A stretch of 34,620 nucleotides of DNA from an uncultured Acidimicrobiaceae bacterium (GTDB taxonomy: Bacteria; Actinomycetota; Acidimicrobiia; Spongiisociales; ZC4RG35). Position numbers and translations under genes: made by a program. The DNA lies in the NCBI GenBank assembly GCA_964501055.1, contig CAZCRP010000003.1:1-34620 (forward strand), given 5' to 3'. Numbering within the stretch: the stretch's first letter is position 1; every line of letters starts with the position of its first letter. A model generated the notes under the pieces. That model made no database searches. It was not told the origin of the DNA and saw only the letters and a program-made list of their open reading frames with translations. This document shows, one piece after another, positions 28,334-34,620 of this stretch.

Positions 28334-29446
28334 ATGAACGAGATCGAACGGGACACGCTCACCGACGTGGTCAAGGCGGCAGCCGACGTCGCCGGACAGA
28401 CCGACCTCGACGACCTGCTCCACACCACTGTCCGCCTGGCGCGGGAGGCGACAGGATCCCGCTACGCGGCGATGGGCGTGCTCGGTTCCCAGGACACCCT
28501 GCGTGACTTCCTCCATCTCGGCATGGACCCCGGCACGGCGGAGCGGATCGGGCACCTGCCCGTGGGCCATGGCGTGCTGGGGACGCTCATCCGGGACCCG
28601 CAGACGGTGCGGGTGGACGACATCGCCCAGCATCCCGACTCGGTGGGCTTCCCCGCGCACCATCCCCACATGACCACCTTCCTCGGCGTGCCGGTCCGAG
28701 CCGGAAACTCGGTGTTCGGCAATCTCTATCTCACCGACAAGGCGACGCCGTACACCGCGGAGGACGAGGTGCTGGTCGAAGCGCTCGCCGCGGTGGCCGG
28801 AGGAGCCATCTCGTCGCTCAGCCTGCGCCAGCGACTATCGGACCTGGCGCTGGCAGAGGACCGGGAGCGGATCGCCCGCGACCTGCACGATGCGGTCATC
28901 CAGGATCTCTTCGCCGTGGGGCTCAGCCTCCAGGCCGCCAGCGCCCAACTGCCGGATGATGCGATGCGCCGGCGCATGGACGACGCGGTCGATCGGATCG
29001 ACACGGCAATCTCCAGCCTCCGCACGTTCATCTTCGACCTGCGTTCGCTGGGCACGCTCAACACCACGCTCGCCCGCACACTGGAGTCCATGATCGGCCG
29101 GATCGCCGGAGGCAGAGCGTCGTGGGACGTCGAGATCTCCGAGGACATCGACCAAGTCCCCTCCCACGTCCTGGACAACGCCCTGTTGGTGACGAGGGAA
29201 GCCGTGTCGAACGCCGTGCGTCACGGCGGCGCGCAGAGCCTGGTGATCAGGCTGCGACGGGAAGACGACGGTGCCGCGCTCACCGTGAGCGACGACGGGC
29301 GCGGGTTCGACCCCGAGACGACAGCCAGGGGCATGGGCATCGCCAACATGGAGGCGCGCGCCACCGACGACGGAGGGTCGTTCGTGATCGAGTCGTCGCC
29401 GGCCGGGACCACCGTCAGGGCGACGTTCAGACCGCGGCGCCGCTGA
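28334..29446 (+). CDS. GAF-domain sensor histidine kinase, DosS/DosT-like (HisKA_3)
   Basis: 'IGHLPVGHGVLG', 'SVGFPAHHPHMTTFLGVP', 'FGNLYLTDK', 'RERIARDLHDAVIQ', 'EAVSNAVRH', 'DDGRG'. Confidence 0.93.
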   Translation: MNEIERDTLTDVVKAAADVAGQTDLDDLLHTTVRLAREATGSRYAAMGVLGSQDTLRDFLHLGMDPGTAERIGHLPVGHGVLGTLIRDPQTVRVDDIAQHPDSVGFPAHHPHMTTFLGVPVRAGNSVFGNLYLTDKATPYTAEDEVLVEALAAVAGGAISSLSLRQRLSDLALAEDRERIARDLHDAVIQDLFAVGLSLQAASAQLPDDAMRRRMDDAVDRIDTAISSLRTFIFDLRSLGTLNTTLARTLESMIGRIAGGRASWDVEISEDIDQVPSHVLDNALLVTREAVSNAVRHGGAQSLVIRLRREDDGAALTVSDDGRGFDPETTARGMGIANMEARATDDGGSFVIESSPAGTTVRATFRPRRR

Positions 29447-29879
29447 CTTCGATCAACTCGACCAGCCGTTCGAGGAAGTTCCGCACCGTCGCCTCCGCCA
29501 GCCGGTGCAGCGCCACCCGATCGAGCAGGGCCCCCACGACGCCCAGCGGCGGCGTGTAGACGCCGCGGAACTCGAGGTGGGTGCTGTCGCCGTAGGGCGA
29601 AAGCACCAACTCGGCGTCCATGTGCGGAAACAGCTGGGTGGCCCCGGTGGCCTTCCACCGCACCGGGAACGCCGTCGAGCTCGACCCCATCACGGGCGTG
29701 CCGATGTCGAACTCCACCGGCACCGCCACCGCCGGGCTCGGACCGACGGCCAATTCCTCGCCCCGGCGGTAGGCGGCGTCCGCCAGGCGGGCGATCCCGT
29801 CGGAACCCATGATGCGGTGCTCGACCGTCGTGATCGGCAGCGGCACCAGCATGAAGTCGCTGACCATCATGCGCGACAC
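29427..29879 (-). CDS. conserved hypothetical protein (possible SRPBCC/START-like fold)
   Basis: Clean 150 aa ORF, 'VRWKATG...LFPHMDAELVL', 'GVYTPPLG..GALLDR...HRLAEATVRNFL'; fold assignment is a guess. Confidence 0.7.
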   Translation of the reverse strand: MSRMMVSDFMLVPLPITTVEHRIMGSDGIARLADAAYRRGEELAVGPSPAVAVPVEFDIGTPVMGSSSTAFPVRWKATGATQLFPHMDAELVLSPYGDSTHLEFRGVYTPPLGVVGALLDRVALHRLAEATVRNFLERLVELIEVSGAAV

Positions 29880-29890
29880 CCCCCGCCCCC

Positions 29891-29934
29891 GACCGGACCC
29901 TGGGGGCGTTGCGACGTCGACCCAGGGTACGGTC
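29891..29934. terminator. long GC-rich hairpin downstream of the multicopper oxidase gene (terminator or mRNA-stabilising stem)
   Basis: gaccggaccctggg ... cccagggtacggtc (13 of 14 positions paired) with inner ggcgt/acgtc stem; no U-tract. Confidence 0.45.
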
Positions 29935-29943
29935 CGCGGGGGG

Positions 29944-31335
29944 TCATGCGGCGTCCTGCACGATGAGGGCCGTGACCATGCCGAACATGCCTTCCTCCCG
30001 CTCCACGTGGTTGAGGATGTGGCAGTGCCACACCCACACGCCGGGATCGGACGGGTTCATGAGCACCGTGTAGCGCTCACCGGGTGCGATGTTGATCGTG
30101 TCGGCCCAGTAGGGGGCATCCAACGGGAAGCCGTCCTTGGCGATCACGAGCTGCGGGAATTGATGCTGGTGCATCGGGTGCTCCTGCAGACCCTCGTTGT
30201 AGTAGTGGATGAGGAGCCAATCCCCCGCTTGGACGACGTACGGCTCCGTGGCGGGGAACGACTTGCCGTTCAGGGAGAAGCCGATGACGCCGGCGTCGTT
30301 GAGGACCATCGGGATCTCTTGGGCGATCTCGATCTCGTCCGGCAGCTCCACGCCTCCGATGGTACGGCCGGCGGGGAGGGGGACTTCACCGATGATGAAG
30401 ACCCCGAAGAGTCCGTTGGGGACGGCGTAGTGCGCGTGGGCATGGGCGTGGTACATCCCGATGGACGGCCGGGCGGCGACGAACTCGTAGACGAAGTCCT
30501 CTCCCGACCGCACCAGCGGCTGGGTGAGAGGGGCGACGCCGTCCATGGTGTTCGGGGTGCTGACGCCGTGCCAGTGGATGTCCGTTCCCATCGGCAGGCG
30601 GTTCCGGAGGATCACCCTCACCTCATCGCCGACGTCCACCTTGATCATCGGCCCCGGCACGATCCCGTTGTAACTCCAGGCGTCCACGAAGCGGCCGGGC
30701 TCCACCTCCCACGGCGTGATCTCGGTGGTCAGCTCGAAGACCTTGACGCCGTCGACGACGGTCGGCTCGAGCAGGGCGTTGCCCCGTCCTTCCGTCTCCG
30801 CCGGGAAGGCGAGGATCGAGTTCATCATCGCGTCGTCCAGCGCGGCCCAGTCCGTGTCGGCGCCGGTGTGATCGTGGCCGCTACTCGACTGCACGGTGGC
30901 TCCCGCTTCGACCGTCAGGATGGCACGCATCCCGGCCTCCTTGTGACCGGCGATGTTGCACACGAGCTCGTAGGTGCCGGCTTCGAGCACCCCGGCATCC
31001 CAGGTCACGGTGCGGCCCGACGAGATGTCGCGTGACACCCCGATGCCGGCGAGCTCGACGTTGTGGACCACCGTTCCCGCGTTGTGTATCTCGAAGCTGA
31101 CCGGTCCCGGCGGCACCACCAGGTCGCCTTGGATAGCCCACTCGGTGAGGGTGAGGGCGGCGATCGTCGGTTGCGACGCGGGTGCGGCGGCCACATCGCC
31201 GGCGGGTGCGGCCGGGGAACCCTCGGCGGCGGCCACCCCCGAGGGTCTGGTCGCCATGGCGACGATCGTCATGACGACGATCAGCACGCCCATCACCCCC
31301 AACAGCACCAGGAAGCGGTCGAATGTCTTGTCCAC
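29944..31335 (-). CDS. membrane-anchored two-domain multicopper oxidase with an extra N-terminal cupredoxin domain
   Basis: TM helix; cupredoxin 'HNVEL...VCNIAGHKEAGM'; 'IHWHG', 'YHAH', 'HPMHQH', 'WHCHILNH...GM'; GGAGG before GTG 31335. Confidence 0.88.
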   Translation of the reverse strand: MDKTFDRFLVLLGVMGVLIVVMTIVAMATRPSGVAAAEGSPAAPAGDVAAAPASQPTIAALTLTEWAIQGDLVVPPGPVSFEIHNAGTVVHNVELAGIGVSRDISSGRTVTWDAGVLEAGTYELVCNIAGHKEAGMRAILTVEAGATVQSSSGHDHTGADTDWAALDDAMMNSILAFPAETEGRGNALLEPTVVDGVKVFELTTEITPWEVEPGRFVDAWSYNGIVPGPMIKVDVGDEVRVILRNRLPMGTDIHWHGVSTPNTMDGVAPLTQPLVRSGEDFVYEFVAARPSIGMYHAHAHAHYAVPNGLFGVFIIGEVPLPAGRTIGGVELPDEIEIAQEIPMVLNDAGVIGFSLNGKSFPATEPYVVQAGDWLLIHYYNEGLQEHPMHQHQFPQLVIAKDGFPLDAPYWADTINIAPGERYTVLMNPSDPGVWVWHCHILNHVEREEGMFGMVTALIVQDAA

Positions 31336-31387
31336 GAGTCCTCCAATCGATCCTTGGGAGTCTCGGCCGGCGAAAACTCGTCCGCCG

Positions 31388-31496
31388 CCGCCAAAGGTCC
31401 CAAAGGAGAGGACGAAAGTCCCTACCCCCGGGCCGCCCGGGCCGGAAGTCCCTAGCCTGGGGAACCACCGACCGAGGAACTTGGGACCACCAGCCG
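31388..31496. promoter_or_regulatory. array of DosR-box-like sites in a divergent promoter
   Basis: 14-mers resembling GGGAC-N4-GTCCC at 31388, 31409 (aggacgaaagtccc), 31439 (gggccggaagtccc), 31461 and 31483. Confidence 0.72.
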
Positions 31497-31510
31497 AGGA
31501 GGTACCTCCC

Positions 31511-31909
31511 ATGCCACCGACCGACCACGCAGGGCTCGAAGTCCTGACCTACGAGGAGTGCGTCGATCGACTCGAGCACTCCCAGGTGGGCCGGGTCGCG
31601 TTCCTCGCCGACGGCGAGGTGCAGATCTTCCCCGTCAACTACCGCTGGCACGATGGTGCCGTCGTGTTCCGCACCGCGCCGGGGACGAAGCTGGACGCAG
31701 CCACGTTCAAGAAAGTCGCTGCCTTCGAGATCGACGGCTGGGACTCGGTGTTCCAGACCGGCTGGTCGGTCGTGGCGAAGGGCCTCATCAAGTCGGTGGA
31801 AGCGACCGAGGAGTTGCAGGCGCTGGGTCTGCGGCCGTGGGCAGGAACCGGTCGCGACAATTGGGTCAGAATTCGACCCGATGAAGTCACCGGCCGAAAG
31901 ATCATCTGA
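31511..31909 (+). CDS. pyridoxamine 5'-phosphate oxidase-like split-barrel flavin-binding protein
   Basis: 'LTYEECVDRL...VGRVAF', 'FPVNY', 'VVFRTAPGTKL', 'AFEID', 'GWSVVAKG', 'VTGRKI'; GAGGAGG ribosome-binding site. Confidence 0.88.
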   Translation: MPPTDHAGLEVLTYEECVDRLEHSQVGRVAFLADGEVQIFPVNYRWHDGAVVFRTAPGTKLDAATFKKVAAFEIDGWDSVFQTGWSVVAKGLIKSVEATEELQALGLRPWAGTGRDNWVRIRPDEVTGRKII

Positions 31910-31979
31910 TCTTCGCTCGCCCGCCGGCGGAGCCGAACGAAGAGCCGTCGATAATGCGCCCGAAGCGGAGGTGGCGGAA

Positions 31980-34619
31980 TTGAGTGAACCTGCGGTGGCG
32001 ACTGCCCTGCTCGTCGACTTCGACGAGGCAGACCCGACCGACAAGGCGTTGCTGGGCGGCAAGGGGGCCGGCCTCGCCCACATGATCGCGTTGGGTCTCG
32101 ACGTGCCCCCCGGTTTCACGGTGACCACCCACGCCTGCCGCGAGTTCATGCGGACCGGCGAGATCCCCTCCGGGCTGTGGGATCAGGTCGACGCCGCCCT
32201 CCGCCGGCTGGAGCAGAAACTGGGGCGGACGTTCGGGTCCGGTCCTGCGCCGCTCCTGCTCTCGGTGCGGAGCGGGGCGGTCTTCTCGATGCCGGGGATG
32301 ATGGACACGGTGCTCAACCTCGGCATGAATTCCGAGATCGTCGAGGCCGCCTCCCGCTGGGCGGAGGACGACCACTTCGCATACGACGCCTATCGCCGGT
32401 TCATGCAGATGTACTCGGACGTCGTGCTCGGTCTGCCGGCCGAGCCATTCGAGCGGGCGCTCGGGCAAGCGAGAGCGGCGGCAGGCGTCGAGGACGACAC
32501 CGGCCTCTCAGCCGACGATCTCCGCCGGCTCGTCAAGGTCTACGAGGGGATCATCCGCGGCCACAGCGCCAAGCTCCCCGAGGACCCGAGAGAACAGCTC
32601 CGGGCCGCCATCACCGCCGTGTTCCGGTCCTGGAACACGCCCCGCGCCCAGACCTATCGACGCATCAATGCCATTCCCGACGACCTCGGCACGGCCGCCA
32701 ACGTCCAGGCGATGGTGTTCGGCGATCTGGGACCGACGTCGGGAACGGGAGTGTGCTTCACCCGCAACCCTTCCACCGGTGAGAAGCTGCCCTACGGCGA
32801 CTACCTCCAGCAAGCCCAGGGCGAGGACGTGGTGGCGGGCATCCGCAACACCTTGCCACTGGACGACCTCGCCCAACTCCATCCCGAGCTCCACGCCCAA
32901 CTGCTCGAGACGATGGACCTCCTCGAACGATCCACCCGGGACATGGCCGACATCGAGTTCACGATCGAGCGCGACAAACTGTGGATCCTGCAGACCAGGG
33001 CAGGCAAGCGCACCGCCGCCGCCGCGGTCCGGATCGCCACCGACATGGTCGACGAGGGACTGATCTCGGCCGAGGACGCCGTCCTGCGCGTCGATCCCGC
33101 CCAGTTGGAACAGTTGGAACGGCCCCGCCTCGACGATCGTCCCGGGGCCGACGCGGTGGTGTCCGGCGTCGGCGCCAGCCCGGGGGCAGCGCAGGGACGC
33201 GTCTCCTTCGACCCCGACCGGGCGGTGGAGATGGCTGCCGACGGCACCGACGTGATCCTCGTCAGTCCGGAGACCACTCCGGACGACATCCACGGCATGT
33301 ACGCCGCCCGCGGCATCCTGACCAGCCAGGGCGGCAAGACCAGCCACGCGGCGGTCGTGGCCCGCGGCATGGGCAAGCCGGCAGTCACGGGGGCCGCCGG
33401 TCTCGTCGTCGACGAGGAGGCCTCGACGGGCCACATCGGGGACACCGTGATCCACGAGGGCGACGAGATCACCATCGACGGCACCACCGGCAACGTCTAC
33501 CTCGGCCGCCTCCCGCTGATCGAGCCGCATCCCACCCCGGAACTGGAGCGGTTGCTGACCTGGGCGGACGAGATCCGCCAGCTGGGGGTGCGCGCCAACG
33601 CCGACACGGGGGCCGACGCCTCCAAGGCGCGAGCCGCAGGAGCGGAGGGGATCGGTCTCGCCCGCACCGAGCACATGTTCATGGGAGAGCGGCTCGGGAT
33701 CGTCCAGCGCGTCATCCTCGCCGACGACGAGCGCGAGCAGATGCGGGCGCTGCGCGAGCTCGCGGCGCGCCAGGTGGAGGACTTCGAAGGGCTGTTGGAG
33801 GCGATGGACGGTCTTCCCGTGGTCGTCAGGCTCCTCGACCCGCCGCTGCACGAGTTCCTCCCCGACCGTTTCGAGCTCCAAGCGGAGATGGTGGAGCAGG
33901 CACGCAAAGGAAAGCCCATCGACCGCCTCCAGCACATGGCGTCCCGGGTGGCCGCCTACGAGGAGGACAACCCCATGCTGGGGATGCGAGGCGTGCGGCT
34001 GGGGCTGATGGTGCCTCACCTGTACGAGATGCAGGCCAAGGCAGCCGTCCAGGCCGTCATTCGGCGCCTCGACGCCGGCGGCGACCCGCAGCTGGAGATC
34101 ATGATTCCCCTCGTGTCCACCGTCGAGGAGTTGCGGCGCATGCGAGACATGATCCGCACGGTCATCGCCGCCTCGGGCCGTGATCTCCACATCCCGGTGG
34201 GAACGATGATCGAGCTGCCCAGGGCGGCGCTGACCGCCGGTGCGATCGCCGGTGTCGCCGAGTTCTTCTCCTTCGGCACCAACGACCTCACCCAGATGAC
34301 CTATGGGCTGTCCCGCGACGACGCCGAGGGGAGCTTCCTGATCACCTACCTCGAGGAAGGCATCCTCACCACCGATCCGTTCCAGACCATCGACGTCGAC
34401 GGCGTCGGACGGCTGATCCGCCTGGCGGTCAAGGAAGGGAGGGAGGCCAACCCCGCCCTGCAGTTGGGCGTGTGCGGCGAGCACGGCGGCGATCCCGCGT
34501 CGATCGCCTTCTGTCGCGACGTCGGACTCGACTACGTGTCGTGCAGCACCCCCCGCGTCCATGTCGCCCGGCTGGCGGCGGCGCAGGCCGAGATCCGGCG
34601 TATGCGTCAGTCGTCCTGA
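31980..34619 (+). CDS. ppdK: pyruvate, phosphate dikinase
   Basis: 'LLGGKGAGL', 'SVRSGA..SMPGMMDT', 'GEDVVAG', 'GGKTSHAAVVAR', 'SFGTNDLTQ', 'GVCGEHGGDP'; GGAGGT before TTG 31980 (start uncertain). Confidence 0.96.
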   Translation: MSEPAVATALLVDFDEADPTDKALLGGKGAGLAHMIALGLDVPPGFTVTTHACREFMRTGEIPSGLWDQVDAALRRLEQKLGRTFGSGPAPLLLSVRSGAVFSMPGMMDTVLNLGMNSEIVEAASRWAEDDHFAYDAYRRFMQMYSDVVLGLPAEPFERALGQARAAAGVEDDTGLSADDLRRLVKVYEGIIRGHSAKLPEDPREQLRAAITAVFRSWNTPRAQTYRRINAIPDDLGTAANVQAMVFGDLGPTSGTGVCFTRNPSTGEKLPYGDYLQQAQGEDVVAGIRNTLPLDDLAQLHPELHAQLLETMDLLERSTRDMADIEFTIERDKLWILQTRAGKRTAAAAVRIATDMVDEGLISAEDAVLRVDPAQLEQLERPRLDDRPGADAVVSGVGASPGAAQGRVSFDPDRAVEMAADGTDVILVSPETTPDDIHGMYAARGILTSQGGKTSHAAVVARGMGKPAVTGAAGLVVDEEASTGHIGDTVIHEGDEITIDGTTGNVYLGRLPLIEPHPTPELERLLTWADEIRQLGVRANADTGADASKARAAGAEGIGLARTEHMFMGERLGIVQRVILADDEREQMRALRELAARQVEDFEGLLEAMDGLPVVVRLLDPPLHEFLPDRFELQAEMVEQARKGKPIDRLQHMASRVAAYEEDNPMLGMRGVRLGLMVPHLYEMQAKAAVQAVIRRLDAGGDPQLEIMIPLVSTVEELRRMRDMIRTVIAASGRDLHIPVGTMIELPRAALTAGAIAGVAEFFSFGTNDLTQMTYGLSRDDAEGSFLITYLEEGILTTDPFQTIDVDGVGRLIRLAVKEGREANPALQLGVCGEHGGDPASIAFCRDVGLDYVSCSTPRVHVARLAAAQAEIRRMRQSS

Positions 34620-34620
34620 C

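Noticed and set aside
29944-31335. Annotation as NirK nitrite reductase
   Set aside because: Domain 1 lacks the type-1 Cys, and the four HxH motifs fit a trinuclear-cluster oxidase
31388-31496. CRISPR or tandem repeat array
   Set aside because: Units are short, degenerate and palindromic with irregular spacing, no cas genes are present, and they fit transcription-factor sites better
31653-31979. N-terminal extension of PPDK shown in the ORF track
   Set aside because: Overlaps the PNPOx-like gene; PPDK similarity and an RBS begin near 31980

Overview
High-GC bacterial window. Gene content and the many leaderless TAnnnT promoters point to an actinobacterium, possibly Acidimicrobiia (inference). 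About 38 CDS, with no rRNA, tRNA, CRISPR or mobile element. Left (1-8191): partial CpaE/TadZ-like ATPase gene and a CpaB/SAF gene, an ECF sigma factor with a membrane anti-sigma partner, a Zn-ribbon class III nucleotide cyclase, PhoU, a Na/Pi cotransporter, and menB-menA. Centre (8251-26929): an ~18.7 kb aromatic-catabolism island. An HpaB-family monooxygenase converges on a minus-strand run: TetR, boxC, boxB, alpha/beta hydrolase, hotdog thioesterase, Liv-type ABC transporter, benzoate-CoA ligase, core MetE-like Zn enzyme, pobA, pcaC-H-G-B-D. boxA, boxD, boxR, pcaIJ/F and a flavin reductase are absent from the window. Three copies of a CTGACY-N4-RGTCAG operator sit in promoters of this island. 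Right (26938-34619): DUF3105, a DosR/DosS-like pair, a cupredoxin-fused two-domain multicopper oxidase, an array of DosR-box-like sites, a PNPOx-like flavoprotein and ppdK. Best candidates for undescribed biology: the boxA-less, TetR-controlled hybrid Box/beta-ketoadipate island, the MetE-like enzyme heading its pob-pca block, and its placement next to a hypoxia-type module. All functional calls come from motif recognition by eye; no database search was run.
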